Below are positions 1 to 10,003 of a stretch of DNA of 64,000 nt, piece by piece. The position numbers and the translations under genes were made by a program. How positions within the stretch are numbered: the first letter of the stretch is position 1; every line of letters begins with the position of its first letter. The DNA is from Syntrophales bacterium (GTDB taxonomy: Bacteria > Desulfobacterota > Syntrophia > Syntrophales > UBA5619). The notes under the pieces were generated by a model that ran no database searches, was not told the origin of the DNA, and worked only from the letters and a program-made list of their open reading frames with translations. The stretch covers positions 58,440-122,439 of the forward strand of contig JAXDCM010000043.1 in assembly GCA_034677965.1 (NCBI GenBank). Direction: 5' to 3'.

Positions 1-640
1 TACCCATCTCGCCCGCGAAGAGCAGACGGAAGGTGCTGATGATCGCTTCCGGTCCGCGGCAGACGATGCCCGCAAAGATGATCAGAGAGATGCCGTTGCC
101 GATCCCCTTCTCCGTAATCTGCTCTCCGAGCCACATGATGAAGGCAGTACCGGCCGTCAGGGTAACCACGGTCATCAGTCGGAAGCCCCAACCGGTGTGG
201 ATCACGATCGACGCCCCCGTGGGTCCCGCCATATTCTCCAGACCGATGGCGATTCCGAAACCCTGAATGAGGCTCAGGATTACCGTACCGTAGCGTGTAT
301 ACTGCGTAATCTTTCTCCGGCCCGCCTCCCCCTCTTTGGAGAGTTTTTCAAGATGGGGTATGGCCACGGTCAGGAGCTGAAGAATGATCGATGCGCTGAT
401 GTACGGCATGATCCCAAGCGCAAAAACCGAAAGGTTGCTCAACGCGCCGCCCGCAAACATATCAAAGAGCCCCAGCAGGGATCCTTTGGCCTGCTCGAAG
501 AACGCCGCCAGCGCCGCCGTATCGATCCCGGGCGTCGGCACATGGGCGCCGATCCGGTATACGGCAAGAAGCAGAAAGGAAAAGAGGATCCTCTTCTGCA
601 GTTCCGGGATCTTCGAGATATTTTTTAAGCCTTCTAACAA
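1..640 (-). CDS. secY: Preprotein translocase subunit SecY, N-terminal ~213 codons (gene runs off the left edge)
   Basis: The reverse frame is open from the window edge to TTG 638-640, 1 nt after the rplO stop. Hand translation LLEGLKNISKIPELQKRILFSFLLLAVYRIGAHVPTPGID...GIMPYISASIILQLL matches the conserved SecY N-terminus. It sits in the expected position at the end of the spc operon. It is truncated and has no ORF-track entry. Confidence 0.9.
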   Translation of the reverse strand, partial: MLEGLKNISKIPELQKRILFSFLLLAVYRIGAHVPTPGIDTAALAAFFEQAKGSLLGLFDMFAGGALSNLSVFALGIMPYISASIILQLLTVAIPHLEKLSKEGEAGRRKITQYTRYGTVILSLIQGFGIAIGLENMAGPTGASIVIHTGWGFRLMTVVTLTAGTAFIMWLGEQITEKGIGNGISLIIFAGIVCRGPEAIISTFRLLFAGEMG

Positions 641-641
641 A

Positions 642-1085
642 TCAGTTGACCTCTACTATTTTGCCGCCGGCGGCTTCAATTTTGTTTCTGGCCCCGCGAC
701 TGACCTGATCGACACGGAAAGAGAGCGGGAAGTTGATCTCCCCGGTTCCCAGGATCTTGATCCCATCCGCCCTTCCCGAAACCAGGCCCAATGCCGTCAG
801 CGACTCCCGATCCACCACCGTTCCCGGGGTCAATCCCTTCAGTTGCTCAATATTGACTATGGCCACGACCCTTCTCATGGGGTTTTTGAATCCACGCTTG
901 GGTATCCTTCGTGTGATCGGCATCTGTCCGCCTTCGAAACTGGGTCGGACACTGTGTCCCGAACGGGCATTCTGCCCCTTCGCACCCTTCCCGGATGTTC
1001 CGCCGTGACCCGAACCATCGCCGCGACCGACCCTCTTTCTCTTTTTCCGCGAACCCTCCGGCGGTTTCAACGTTGACAGATTCAT
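642..1085 (-). CDS. rplO: 50S ribosomal protein L15
   Basis: 147-aa ORF with a glycine-rich L15 N-terminus (VGRGDGSGHGGTSGKGAKGQ). Lies between rpmD and secY. Confidence 0.96.
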   Translation of the reverse strand: MNLSTLKPPEGSRKKRKRVGRGDGSGHGGTSGKGAKGQNARSGHSVRPSFEGGQMPITRRIPKRGFKNPMRRVVAIVNIEQLKGLTPGTVVDRESLTALGLVSGRADGIKILGTGEINFPLSFRVDQVSRGARNKIEAAGGKIVEVN

Positions 1086-1270
1086 TGACCGCTCCTCTTA
1101 ACTTCCACCGCAGAAACGAGGTGACTGACCTTGCGAACCATCCCGCGGATTTCCGGCGTATCTTTCAACAGCACGCTCTGGTTGATCTTCCCCAGCCCCA
1201 TTCCGCGAAGAACCTTGCGCTGAGCTTCCGGTCTGCCGATATAACTGTGGACTAGCGTAATCTTGAGCAT
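1082..1270 (-). CDS. rpmD: 50S ribosomal protein L30
   Basis: 62 aa from internal ATG 1270 (MLKITLVHSYIGRPEAQRKVLRGMGLGK...). The 109-aa track ORF is an upstream over-extension. 4-nt overlap with the rplO start. Confidence 0.9.
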   Translation of the reverse strand: MLKITLVHSYIGRPEAQRKVLRGMGLGKINQSVLLKDTPEIRGMVRKVSHLVSAVEVKRSGQ

Positions 1271-1298
1271 TTTCCCTGTTTCCTTGTCCCTTCGACCC

Positions 1299-1781
1299 TT
1301 AATTTTCCGTAACGCTTTTCCCCCTGGCGCCCAGGATGTCGGACGGCACCCGCAACTGTTCCAGTCCTGCGATGGTCGCCTTGACCAGGTTATGCGGATT
1401 ATGGGATCCAAGGCATTTGGTCAGAATATTTTGTACACCCGCCACTTCCAGCACGGCGCGCACCGCTCCGCCGGCGATCAGCCCGGTCCCCTCCGATGCC
1501 GGCTTCAACAGGACCCTCCCGGCGCCGTAATGCCCCACGACACTATAGGGGATGGTCCGATTGACCACCGCCACCCGGGTCATCGACTTCTTGGCTTGCT
1601 CCATCCCCTTGCGGATCGCCTCGGGAACTTCATGGGCTTTCCCCAGGCCGGCACCGACAGAGCCCTTTCCATCACCGACCACCACTACGGCACTGAACCG
1701 AAACCGCCGTCCGCCCTTGACGACTTTGGCTGTTCTGTTGATCGTAATCACCCTGTCCAGAAGTTCCAATTCTTCCATCAT
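1299..1781 (-). CDS. rpsE: 30S ribosomal protein S5
   Basis: 160-aa ORF with [34 protein letters not shown]. Correct spc-operon position. Confidence 0.96.
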   Translation of the reverse strand: MMEELELLDRVITINRTAKVVKGGRRFRFSAVVVVGDGKGSVGAGLGKAHEVPEAIRKGMEQAKKSMTRVAVVNRTIPYSVVGHYGAGRVLLKPASEGTGLIAGGAVRAVLEVAGVQNILTKCLGSHNPHNLVKATIAGLEQLRVPSDILGARGKSVTEN

Positions 1782-1831
1782 CTTCGTTTCCTACAATCGC
1801 CCTTCTCTTTGGTTTGTCCAACAACCGCAGG

Positions 1832-2197
1832 TCAAAACTTCAGTCCCGCTTCCCTTGCGCCATCGGCCAGGGCCTTCACCCTTCCGTGATAGAGAAACCT
1901 CCCCCGATCAAAGACAACCTTTTCAATTCCGGCATCCCTGAGGCGCTTGGCGAGGAGTTTTCCCACCGCCCTAGCCTCATCGATCTTTTTCAATCCGGCC
2001 AAAGAATTCGCCAAATCCTTGCTGAGTGTTGAGGCCTCTGCCAGGGTCCGGCCCGAATCATCCGCAATGGCCTGGGCATAGATATGGACTGCAGACCGGA
2101 ATATGGAAAGGCGGGGGCGCTTCTCGGTGCCCTTGACCTTTCCCCTCACCCTCATCTTCCGCTTGCTTCTGACCTTTTCGATTCTTTTCGTTGCCAA
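1832..2197 (-). CDS. rplR: 50S ribosomal protein L18
   Basis: 121-aa [19 protein letters not shown]...[27 protein letters not shown]. Confidence 0.95.
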   Translation of the reverse strand: MATKRIEKVRSKRKMRVRGKVKGTEKRPRLSIFRSAVHIYAQAIADDSGRTLAEASTLSKDLANSLAGLKKIDEARAVGKLLAKRLRDAGIEKVVFDRGRFLYHGRVKALADGAREAGLKF

Positions 2198-2249
2198 TGT
2201 CTTACCTCTTCACGGGGTGCACCGGAACAGCACCGGCAGCACGCAAAAC

Positions 2250-2789
2250 TTAGGCGCCAACGGATTTGCCGACTTTGCGTCTGATCTGTTCGCCGACATA
2301 TTTGATCCCCTTGCCCTTGTAGGGTTCGGGCTTTTTCAGGCTTCGGATCTCCGCCGCGACCCGTCCGACCAGTTGTTTGTCGATCCCGCTAACGGCGATA
2401 TTGATTAATTTATCGACCTTGATCTCAATCCCTTTGGGGATCGTGTATTCAACCGGCGTGGAAAAACCGATGACCAGCTTCAACGTATGGCCTGCCACCT
2501 CCGCACGGTAACCGACCCCGGAAATCTCCAGCTTCTTCTCAAAGCCGACACTGACCCCCTTGACCATATTGGCCACCAGGGTTCTGACCAGACCATGAAA
2601 GGATCTCTCCATCCTTCCGTCGGACGGCCTGGTCACCTCGATCGCCCCGTCTCCCAGAACAACATCGATTCCCTGAGGTACTTTCAAGGAAAGCTTTCCC
2701 TTGGGGCCCTCAACCATGATCATGGATTGTTCGCGTCTGATCTTTACACCAGCCGGAACGGTCACGGGTAATTTCCCTATTCTTGACAT
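2250..2789 (-). CDS. rplF: 50S ribosomal protein L6
   Basis: 179 aa from ATG 2789 (MSRIGKLPVTVPAGV...). Track ORF 2250..2891 over-extends into rpsH. Confidence 0.93.
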   Translation of the reverse strand: MSRIGKLPVTVPAGVKIRREQSMIMVEGPKGKLSLKVPQGIDVVLGDGAIEVTRPSDGRMERSFHGLVRTLVANMVKGVSVGFEKKLEISGVGYRAEVAGHTLKLVIGFSTPVEYTIPKGIEIKVDKLINIAVSGIDKQLVGRVAAEIRSLKKPEPYKGKGIKYVGEQIRRKVGKSVGA

Positions 2790-2862
2790 GAGATCCTCTT
2801 TCGTTACTTCCCCGATCGTCTCTCGGGCACGGATGTCCATCCGTCCCCGCCCTTCTTTCGCC

Positions 2863-3264
2863 CTACCATACGTTGCAGAGCAGTTCCCCACCCAGACTCA
2901 ATTCTCTCGCCTCCTTGTCCGTCATGATGCCCTTGGAGGTGGAAAGGATGGATATTCCATAGCCGTTGAGTACCTGGGGGATTTTCACGCTTTTCACATA
3001 AACCCGCCTTCCCGGTTTGCTGACCCGCTGGATATCGGTGATTACGGCCTTCTTCGCATCCTGGTACTTTAGATAGATTCGCAGCACGTCATGCGCGTGC
3101 GAATCCTTTTTGACGTCATAACCGCTGATATATCCTGATTTCTTCAAAACCTTCGCCATGCTGAGATTCATCCGCGAGTTCAGCACATCGACGCTCTTGA
3201 AGTGAACACGGTTCGCGTTTCTGATCCTGGTGAGCATATCCGCGGTCGGATCGGTCATCCCCAT
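2863..3264 (-). CDS. rpsH: 30S ribosomal protein S8
   Basis: 133-aa ORF with S8 N-terminus MTDPTADMLTRIRNA. Confidence 0.95.
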   Translation of the reverse strand: MGMTDPTADMLTRIRNANRVHFKSVDVLNSRMNLSMAKVLKKSGYISGYDVKKDSHAHDVLRIYLKYQDAKKAVITDIQRVSKPGRRVYVKSVKIPQVLNGYGISILSTSKGIMTDKEARELSLGGELLCNVW

Positions 3265-3279
3265 ATCATCGCTCCCTTT

Positions 3280-3465
3280 CTACCAGCTCGACTTGATCAC
3301 GCCCGGAATTTCCCCCTTGAGGGATAAATTTCTGAGGCATATCCTGCACATGTCAAATTTACGGTAATAGGATCTCGGTCTTCCGCAAATCGGACAGCGG
3401 TTGTAGCTTCTAACCGCAAACTTCATCTTTCTTCTCGCCTTTACCATCAAAGATGTTTTTGCCAC
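3280..3465 (-). CDS. rpsN: 30S ribosomal protein S14, type Z (zinc-ribbon form)
   Basis: 61-aa ORF with CPICGRP...CRIC cysteine pairs, ending KSSW. Lies between rplE and rpsH. Confidence 0.95.
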   Translation of the reverse strand: MAKTSLMVKARRKMKFAVRSYNRCPICGRPRSYYRKFDMCRICLRNLSLKGEIPGVIKSSW

Positions 3466-3494
3466 TCTTCCCTCCAGAGATCGCTTCTGCCTTG

Positions 3495-4034
3495 TTAGTT
3501 CCGAAACGGCATGCCCATCAACTTCAGCAGATGCCTCGCCTCATCATCCGTCTTGGCCGTGGTGACGATCGCAATGTTCATGCCCCGGATCTTTTCGATC
3601 TTGTCGTATTCAATCTCCGGAAAGATGATCTGCTCCTTCAGGCCCAACGCAAAATTCCCCCTCCCGTCGAAGGATTTTGTCGGGATTCCCCGAAAGTCGC
3701 GGACCCGCGGAAGTGCGACACTGACCAACCGGTCGAAAAATTCATACATCTTCTCTCTTCGCAGCGTGACACAACAGCCGATGGACATCCCCTGCCGGAG
3801 CTTGAAGGTCGCGATGGACTTTTTGGCCTTGGTGATGACCGGCTTCTGCCCGGCGATCGCGGTTAACTCCGCAACGGCACTGTCCAAAATCTTGACGTTC
3901 TGAATGGCCTCCCCGAGACCCATATTGATGACGATCTTCACCATCCGAGGAACTTCCATCGGGTTCTTATAATGGAACTCCTTGATGAGGGCCGGAACGA
4001 TTTCTTGCGTATAATACTTTTTCAGTCTTGCCAT
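3495..4034 (-). CDS. rplE: 50S ribosomal protein L5
   Basis: 179 aa from ATG 4034 ([16 protein letters not shown]...). The longer track ORF overlaps rplX. Confidence 0.93.
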   Translation of the reverse strand: MARLKKYYTQEIVPALIKEFHYKNPMEVPRMVKIVINMGLGEAIQNVKILDSAVAELTAIAGQKPVITKAKKSIATFKLRQGMSIGCCVTLRREKMYEFFDRLVSVALPRVRDFRGIPTKSFDGRGNFALGLKEQIIFPEIEYDKIEKIRGMNIAIVTTAKTDDEARHLLKLMGMPFRN

Positions 4035-4044
4035 CTTTCCCAAC

Positions 4045-4365
4045 CTATACATCGAGAATTTCTTGACATTTTGAGCAGATACGTACCTTTTTCCCATCAT
4101 CGAGGATCTTATATCCGATCCGAACGCCCGTGCTGCACTTGTTGCACAGATACATCACATTGGAAATGTGAATGGGCCCTTCCTTCTCGACGATACCGCC
4201 CTTGCCCTTCGCATCCGGTTTCTTGTGCCTTTTGATCAGGTTCACCTTCTCGATGGTCACCCGTTCTTTGTCGGCAATGACACTCTGGATTTTCCCTGTT
4301 TTTCCCTTTTCCCTGCCGGCAATCACCTTGACGTTGTCACCTTTTTTCAGTCTCTTTCCGAGCAT
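4045..4365 (-). CDS. rplX: 50S ribosomal protein L24
   Basis: KOW motif [23 protein letters not shown] 4365 follows an AAGGAAAGAG Shine-Dalgarno sequence; ATG 4383 is an alternative start. The C-terminus carries CNKC...CSKC. Confidence 0.9.
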   Translation of the reverse strand: MLGKRLKKGDNVKVIAGREKGKTGKIQSVIADKERVTIEKVNLIKRHKKPDAKGKGGIVEKEGPIHISNVMYLCNKCSTGVRIGYKILDDGKKVRICSKCQEILDV

Positions 4366-4422
4366 CACTCTTTCCTTCTTCATTCAGGATACAGACGCGA
4401 AATCCGACCCTGACCCTGCAAC

Positions 4423-4791
4423 CTATAAAACTTCAGGGGCCAGGGAAACAATCTTCATGAACTGTTTGGCCCGGAGTTCGCGCGCCACCGGCCCAAAGAT
4501 TCTCGTTCCGACCGGCTCCATCTGGTTCGTGATCAAAACAGCCGAGTTGTCGTCAAACTTCAGGTACGAACCATCCGCTCTTCGGACCTCTTTCACCGTG
4601 CGAACGACGACCGCCTTCATCACATCGCCCTTTTTCACCTTCGAATTCGGCAAGGCCTCCTTCACGGAAATCACGATGACATCCCCCAGGCTGGCATATC
4701 GTCTTCGCGATCCCCCCAGAACCTTGATGCAGGCCACCTTCTTGGCACCCGAATTGTCCGCTACATTCAAAACCGTCTGCATCTGAATCAT
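4423..4791 (-). CDS. rplN: 50S ribosomal protein L14
   Basis: 122 aa from ATG 4791 ([27 protein letters not shown]...). Confidence 0.95.
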   Translation of the reverse strand: MIQMQTVLNVADNSGAKKVACIKVLGGSRRRYASLGDVIVISVKEALPNSKVKKGDVMKAVVVRTVKEVRRADGSYLKFDDNSAVLITNQMEPVGTRIFGPVARELRAKQFMKIVSLAPEVL

Positions 4792-4869
4792 AATAACCAC
4801 ACTCCATCGCCGAACGGGCACAGGGCAGGGAGCGATAAAAAAATTCGACCCCTCGCGCCTTGGAACCGT

Positions 4870-5127
4870 CTACTTTGCCTTCTCCAAGATCTCCAGCATC
4901 CGCCAGCGCTTTTCTCTGCTCAACGGACGAGATTCAACAATGAGAACCTTGTCCCCCACCCGGCAGGCATTCTGCTCATCATGGGCCTTGTATTTGACAT
5001 ACCGCTTGATGAATTTGTGGAATACTGCGTGCTTCACGAGCCTTTCCGCCCGGACGACGACCGTTTTATCCATCTTGCTGCTGACCACAATTCCCTTCAC
5101 CGTGAGCTTTTTGCTGCGTTGCTGCAC
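4870..5127 (-). CDS. rpsQ: 30S ribosomal protein S17
   Basis: 85-aa ORF with a GTG start overlapping the rpmC stop by 1 nt. GIVVSSKMDKTVVVRAERLVKH. Confidence 0.93.
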   Translation of the reverse strand: MQQRSKKLTVKGIVVSSKMDKTVVVRAERLVKHAVFHKFIKRYVKYKAHDEQNACRVGDKVLIVESRPLSREKRWRMLEILEKAK

Positions 5128-5318
5128 TACTTTACCTCCTTTTCAGCCAAGACGGTTCTGATTCGGGCGATATCCTTGCGAAGACGGCCGAGCGTGGCCG
5201 GGGAATCCAGTTGCCCGGAGGCATGACGCATGCGCAGTTTGAAAAACTCATCGACAAGCTCGCGATTCTTCTGTTGCAACTCATCCTTGCTCAGATCTCT
5301 GATCTCTTTAATTTTCAT
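5127..5318 (-). CDS. rpmC: 50S ribosomal protein L29
   Basis: 63 aa from ATG 5318 ([37 protein letters not shown]). The track ORF is over-extended into rplP. Confidence 0.92.
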   Translation of the reverse strand: MKIKEIRDLSKDELQQKNRELVDEFFKLRMRHASGQLDSPATLGRLRKDIARIRTVLAEKEVK

Positions 5319-5730
5319 CAGACATTTCCCTCGAAACAAATTGTGTCCCGATGGGCAGTTTATGGGCCGCCAGCGTGAACGCCTCCTTGGCGATTTCTTT
5401 CGAAACACCTTCGATCTCATAGAGGACGATCCCCGGTTTGATCACCGCCACCCATTCTTCAGGGGCACCTTTCCCCTTCCCCATTCGGGTTTCAGCAGGT
5501 TTCTTCGTCACCGACTTATGAGGGAAAATACGGATCCAGATTTTGCCGCCGCGCTTCACATGCCGTGTCATGGCCACACGCGCCGCCTCGATCTGACGGG
5601 CCGTCACCCAACCGCACTCGGTCGCCTGGAGGGCAAACTCGCCAAAGGCTACGGTGTTCCCTCGCGTGCCTTTTCCACTCATCCGGCCCCGCTGCAATTT
5701 TCTGAATTTAACCCTTTTCGGCATCAACAT
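5308..5730 (-). CDS. rplP: 50S ribosomal protein L16
   Basis: 140-aa [20 protein letters not shown]... Confidence 0.96.
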   Translation of the reverse strand: MLMPKRVKFRKLQRGRMSGKGTRGNTVAFGEFALQATECGWVTARQIEAARVAMTRHVKRGGKIWIRIFPHKSVTKKPAETRMGKGKGAPEEWVAVIKPGIVLYEIEGVSKEIAKEAFTLAAHKLPIGTQFVSREMSDEN

Positions 5731-5796
5731 TTTTCAAAACCCCAGATCGGATTGCTTATCTCGTGGTCTCCCGGAATTGCGGGGTCACGACCATTT

Positions 5797-6444
5797 CTAT
5801 TTTGCCGCCTCTTTCTTGCCGGGCAACACTTCTCCGTGAAAGATCAGAACCTTGACACCGATCAGGCCATAGGCGGTGCGCGCCTCCGTAAAACCGCAAT
5901 CGATATCCGCCCTCAGGGTGTGCAGGGGCACACGGCCCTCCCGATACCATTCCGATCTCGCCATCTCGGCTCCGCCCAGACGACCGCCGCAATTGACTCG
6001 AATTCCCTTCGCTCCGAATTTCATCGCGGAAAGCACGCACTTCTTCATCGCCCGGCGAAATGCAATTCGCCTTTCCAACTGCTGAGCCACATTTTCCGCC
6101 ACCAACTGTGCATCGATCTCCGGTTTTCGGACTTCGATGATGTTGACGATCACTTCGCTTTGGGTGATGGCCTCGAGATCCTTTTTCAACTTTTCGATCT
6201 CGGACCCTTTTTTCCCGATGATGATCCCGGGGCGGGCCGCGTGGATATTGACCTTGGCCTTGTTGGCAGCCCTCTCAATCTCGATCCTGGATATTCCTGC
6301 GTGGTAAAGTTTCTCCTTCAGAAATTTCCTGACCTTCAGATCCTCATGGAGCAGTTCCGAATAGTTCTTTTCCGAAAACCACTGAGATCGCCACGTCTTG
6401 ATGCCGCCCAACCTCAACCCGATCGGGTTAACCTTCTGCCCCAA
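5797..6444 (-). CDS. rpsC: 30S ribosomal protein S3
   Basis: 215-aa [26 protein letters not shown]... Confidence 0.96.
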   Translation of the reverse strand: MGQKVNPIGLRLGGIKTWRSQWFSEKNYSELLHEDLKVRKFLKEKLYHAGISRIEIERAANKAKVNIHAARPGIIIGKKGSEIEKLKKDLEAITQSEVIVNIIEVRKPEIDAQLVAENVAQQLERRIAFRRAMKKCVLSAMKFGAKGIRVNCGGRLGGAEMARSEWYREGRVPLHTLRADIDCGFTEARTAYGLIGVKVLIFHGEVLPGKKEAAK

Positions 6445-6463
6445 CCTCTCACCTCCTCAAGTC

Positions 6464-6796
6464 TTACTGCTCGTCCAGGATCACGGTAATGTGGCTCGTT
6501 CGCTTCTTGATCGAAGCCGCCCTTCCCTGCGCCCTTGCCCTCCATCGCTTCAGGCTGGGCCCCTGATCAACGAAAATCTCCTTCACGTACAGGATGTTCT
6601 CGTCGATGTTCGGATTCTGCTTGGCATTGGCCAGTGCCGACAGGAGAACCTTCCTGACGGGATCGGCCGCGTACTTTCTGGTAAAAAGAAGGATCTTCTT
6701 CGCCTCCTCGACCTCTTTCCCTCTCACCAAATCGATGACCAGTCGCACCTTCTGCGGCGACATTCGAATGTATTTGGCAACCGCTTTTGCTTCCAT
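6464..6796 (-). CDS. rplV: 50S ribosomal protein L22
   Basis: 110 aa from ATG 6796 with GGAG 7 nt upstream ([20 protein letters not shown]...). TTG 6808 is the track start. Confidence 0.94.
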   Translation of the reverse strand: MEAKAVAKYIRMSPQKVRLVIDLVRGKEVEEAKKILLFTRKYAADPVRKVLLSALANAKQNPNIDENILYVKEIFVDQGPSLKRWRARAQGRAASIKKRTSHITVILDEQ

Positions 6797-6838
6797 GATT
6801 GACTCCAAAACGCCGACGGAAACAGCTTTCCCGAATTT

Positions 6839-7120
6839 CTATTTGCGCAGCTTCGTTTTGCGGTCTCCGGCGTGGCTGTAAAAAGTTCTGGTCGGCGCAA
6901 ATTCACCCAGCTTGTGTCCGACCATGTTTTCGGTCACAAATACCGGAATGAATTTTTTTCCGTTGTGCACCGCAAAGGTCTGCCCAATCAATTCCGGAGT
7001 CACGGTGGAACGACGCGACCAGGTCTTGATAACCGTTTTACTCCCACCTGCTTCCTGCTGTCGGACCTTTTTCAGAAGACTCTCTTCAATGAATGCGCCC
7101 TTCTTGATTGAACGTGCCAC
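6839..7120 (-). CDS. rpsS: 30S ribosomal protein S19
   Basis: 93-aa [21 protein letters not shown]...[13 protein letters not shown]. Confidence 0.96.
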   Translation of the reverse strand: MARSIKKGAFIEESLLKKVRQQEAGGSKTVIKTWSRRSTVTPELIGQTFAVHNGKKFIPVFVTENMVGHKLGEFAPTRTFYSHAGDRKTKLRK

Positions 7121-7124
7121 CTTG

Positions 7125-7946
7125 TCAACCTCTTCGTTTTACGATGTATTTATCAGTACGCTTGTTGGTCCTCGTCTTATGGCCTTTCGTGGGTACGCCC
7201 CAGGGCGTGCAGGGGTGACGGCCGCCGGAAGATTTCCCCTCTCCCCCTCCCATCGGATGATCCACCGGGTTCATGACAACCCCCCTGACCTTGGGCCGCC
7301 GCCCGAGCCATCGCGTCCTGCCCGCCTTGCCGAGGCTCAGGTTTTCCGAGTCGATGTTGCCGACCTGGCCGACCGTTGCCCGGCATTCGAGAAACACCTT
7401 CCTGACCTCTCCGGAGGGCAGCCGGATCTGGGCATAGCCCGCTTCCTTGGCCATCAGCTGTCCGTATGCACCGGCCGAACGGATCAATTGCCCCCCGCGT
7501 CCCACCTTGAGCTCCACATTGTGAATCAGCGTCCCCAACGGGATGTTCTTCAAGGGAACGGCATTGCCGGACTTGATGTCGGCCCTTTCCCCGCTGACCA
7601 CGGGATCCCCCACGGCCATCTTGGAAGGGGCGATGATGTATCTCTTCTCGCCGTCGATATAATGCAGCAGCGCGATTCTGGACGAACGGTTCGGGTCGTA
7701 TTCGATCGACGCAACACGGGCCTGAATATCGTCCTTGTCGCGGCGAAAATCGACCACTCGGTAGCGCCGTTTGTGGCCTCCGCCGATGTGCCGGCTGGTC
7801 AGTCTGCCGTAGTTGTTGCGTCCTCCCGTTTTCCTCAGAGGCCGCAAAAGACTCCTCTCGGGCGTCGACCTTGTCAGCTCTTCGAAATCGGAGCAGGTCT
7901 GAAACCTTCTTCCCGGCGATGTCGGTTTGTATTTTCTGATTCCCAT
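7125..7946 (-). CDS. rplB: 50S ribosomal protein L2
   Basis: 273-aa [18 protein letters not shown]...[18 protein letters not shown]. Confidence 0.97.
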   Translation of the reverse strand: MGIRKYKPTSPGRRFQTCSDFEELTRSTPERSLLRPLRKTGGRNNYGRLTSRHIGGGHKRRYRVVDFRRDKDDIQARVASIEYDPNRSSRIALLHYIDGEKRYIIAPSKMAVGDPVVSGERADIKSGNAVPLKNIPLGTLIHNVELKVGRGGQLIRSAGAYGQLMAKEAGYAQIRLPSGEVRKVFLECRATVGQVGNIDSENLSLGKAGRTRWLGRRPKVRGVVMNPVDHPMGGGEGKSSGGRHPCTPWGVPTKGHKTRTNKRTDKYIVKRRG

Positions 7947-7995
7947 CCCTCTATTTCCTCATCCAAGCTGACTTCGGTCCCTGCCGGCTGACAGG

Positions 7996-8283
7996 TTATA
8001 CGCCCTCCCCGATCTCGATGCGGCTTCCCGGGGCCAGGGTCACGACCGCCTTCTTCCAGGAGCTTCGCTCGCCCATCACCCTGCCCGACCTCTTCTTTTT
8101 GCCGCGGACATTCATCACCCGGACATTCAGCACTTTGACCTTGAAGAGCTTTTCAACCGCACGCCCTACCTCGATACGGTTGGCTTTCACGTGGACTTCA
8201 AAATTGTACTGATTCGCGGCGTCTCTCGCAATGGTGCTCTTTTCCGTAATCAACGTTTTTTTGATGACCTGATACAGTTCCAT
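7996..8283 (-). CDS. rplW: 50S ribosomal protein L23
   Basis: 95-aa ORF between rplD and rplB, ITEKSTIARDAANQYNFEVHVKANRIEV. Confidence 0.94.
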   Translation of the reverse strand: MELYQVIKKTLITEKSTIARDAANQYNFEVHVKANRIEVGRAVEKLFKVKVLNVRVMNVRGKKKRSGRVMGERSSWKKAVVTLAPGSRIEIGEGV

Positions 8284-8906
8284 TATGATATCAGCGCCCC
8301 TTCAATTTTATGCACGGAGGGTTCGAGAAGGACGACATGATCGTATTTCAGCAGGTCGTACACATTGACACCCTCCGAACGAATCATTTTGACGTCCGGG
8401 ATGTTGCGAGATGATTTTTCCAGCACCGGCCGTGGCGTATCGATCACGAAAAGCGCCTTCTTGAATCCAAAGCGATCCACCAGCTCCTGGAACTTCCGGG
8501 TCTTGATCTCTTCCATCGGGAAGTCGCGAAGGATGGTCATTCGTTCTTCCTTGAATTTCATGCTGAGAGCGGAAATCAGCGCCAAACGCCTGACCTTCTT
8601 CGAAACCTTCAGGGAGTAGTTGTGCGGTGTGGGTCCAAAGACAATCCCTCCCCCTCTCCAGATCGGAGAACGGGAGTGGCCCGCCCTGGCCCTTCCGGTG
8701 CCCTTCTGACGCCAAGGCTTTTTTCCGCCGCCGCTGACTTCGCTCCGACCCTTGGTGGAAGCAGTCCCACTGCGGCGGGAAGCCATCTGCATCCGGACCG
8801 CCTCATAAATCGCATCCTCGTTCACCGGCGCCCCAAAGACGGCATCACTGAGTTCAATCTCGGCGACTTTCTTGTTATCGACGTCGTATACACCCGCTAA
8901 TGGCAT
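8283..8906 (-). CDS. rplD: 50S ribosomal protein L4
   Basis: 207 aa from ATG 8906 (MPLAGVYDVDNKKV...KPWRQKGTGRAR). GTG 8915 is an alternative start. Confidence 0.94.
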   Translation of the reverse strand: MPLAGVYDVDNKKVAEIELSDAVFGAPVNEDAIYEAVRMQMASRRSGTASTKGRSEVSGGGKKPWRQKGTGRARAGHSRSPIWRGGGIVFGPTPHNYSLKVSKKVRRLALISALSMKFKEERMTILRDFPMEEIKTRKFQELVDRFGFKKALFVIDTPRPVLEKSSRNIPDVKMIRSEGVNVYDLLKYDHVVLLEPSVHKIEGALIS

Positions 8907-8930
8907 TTTCCCCACCTTCGAAAACGCTGC

Positions 8931-9563
8931 TTACTGACCTTTTTTAACCGCCTGTTTGATCAGAACGAATCCGTTTCTGCTGCCGGGAACGGCGCCCCGG
9001 ACCATGATCACATTGATTTCCGGACGGACGGCCCATACCAGCAGGTTCTGCACGGTTTTTCTTTCGCACCCCATGTGACCGGGAAGTTTCGACCCCTTGA
9101 ACACCCGGGAAGGGTCGGCGCTTGCACCGATGGAACCGGGGGCCCGGTGGAACATGGAGCCGTGCGTCGCCCGGCCGCCGCGGAAGCCATGACGTTTTAC
9201 AACGCCGGCAAACCCCTTCCCCTTGGTCGTTCCGACAACATCCACATAATCCCCCGGGGAAAACATTTCGGCATTCAGCTCCTGTCCCAGCTCGCAACCC
9301 TGCGGATCGACCCTAAACTCCCTCAGAACGCGGAATAAACCCTTGTCCGCTTTCTTGAAGTGCCCCTGAACCGGTTTGGTGACATTGCCCTGTTTGATCC
9401 GACCGTACCCCAGTTGAAGGGCATTGTAGCCGTCCGTCTCCACGTTTTTTTTCTGAATGACGACGGATGGCTCTACCTCAATCACCGTTACGGGAACGGA
9501 AATCCCCTCATCCGAAAAGATCTGTGTCATCCCCAATTTTTTGCCAATCAATCCTTTTGTCAT
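8931..9563 (-). CDS. rplC: 50S ribosomal protein L3
   Basis: 210 aa from ATG 9563 ([20 protein letters not shown]...). Confidence 0.95.
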   Translation of the reverse strand: MTKGLIGKKLGMTQIFSDEGISVPVTVIEVEPSVVIQKKNVETDGYNALQLGYGRIKQGNVTKPVQGHFKKADKGLFRVLREFRVDPQGCELGQELNAEMFSPGDYVDVVGTTKGKGFAGVVKRHGFRGGRATHGSMFHRAPGSIGASADPSRVFKGSKLPGHMGCERKTVQNLLVWAVRPEINVIMVRGAVPGSRNGFVLIKQAVKKGQ

Positions 9564-9609
9564 GATCCGCATCTTTCCCGTTTGAAAAGCACCCAATGCA
9601 TCATAAAGA

Positions 9610-9658
9610 GCGGAATGGCGAAACGGCCTTTACGCCCGCTCCGAGGTTACCATTCCGC
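9610..9658 (-). other. Strong stem-loop in the 100-nt rpsJ-rplC spacer
   Basis: GCGGAATGG (9610-9618) is the exact reverse complement of CCATTCCGC (9650-9658), with a 31-nt loop. On the mRNA strand the hairpin is followed by TCTTTAT. Confidence 0.5.
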
Positions 9659-9664
9659 CGCAAC

Positions 9665-9973
9665 CTACAACTTGATCTCCACGTCCACACCCGCCGAAAG
9701 GTCGAGTTTCATCAGCGCGTCCACCGTGGCCTGCGTCGGCTCGACGATATCAATCAGCCGCTTGTGCGTCCGGATCTCAAACTGTTCCCGCGATTTCTTG
9801 TCGACATGCGGCGATCGGTTGACGCAGTACTTGTTGATCTCGGTCGGCAGCGGAATGGGCCCCGCCACACGGGCGCCCGTCCGCTTCGCCGTCTCCACAA
9901 TGTCGTCCACCGAGCGGTCGAGCAGCTTGTAGTCGTAAGCCTTCAGACGAATTCTTATCTTTTGATCTTTCAT
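9665..9973 (-). CDS. rpsJ: 30S ribosomal protein S10
   Basis: 102 aa from ATG 9973 ([21 protein letters not shown]...). TTG 9985 is an alternative start. Confidence 0.95.
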   Translation of the reverse strand: MKDQKIRIRLKAYDYKLLDRSVDDIVETAKRTGARVAGPIPLPTEINKYCVNRSPHVDKKSREQFEIRTHKRLIDIVEPTQATVDALMKLDLSAGVDVEIKL

Positions 9974-10003
9974 GGCCTCGTTCAATCCCGTTGGCTGTCT
10001 GTC

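Noticed and set aside
4792-4869. T7 run (on the mRNA strand) between rpsQ and rplN as an S10/spc operon terminator
   Set aside because: No convincing GC-rich hairpin precedes the U-run. It may simply be the AT-rich spc promoter region, so it is not annotated.
5230-6489. 419-aa plus-strand ORF in the S10 operon; similar cases at 21757..23040, 34261..35327, 45250..46491, 51925..52743 and 60672..62318
   Set aside because: All are antisense to genes with strong homology-like signatures and proper SD/start contexts, and none has its own ribosome-binding site.
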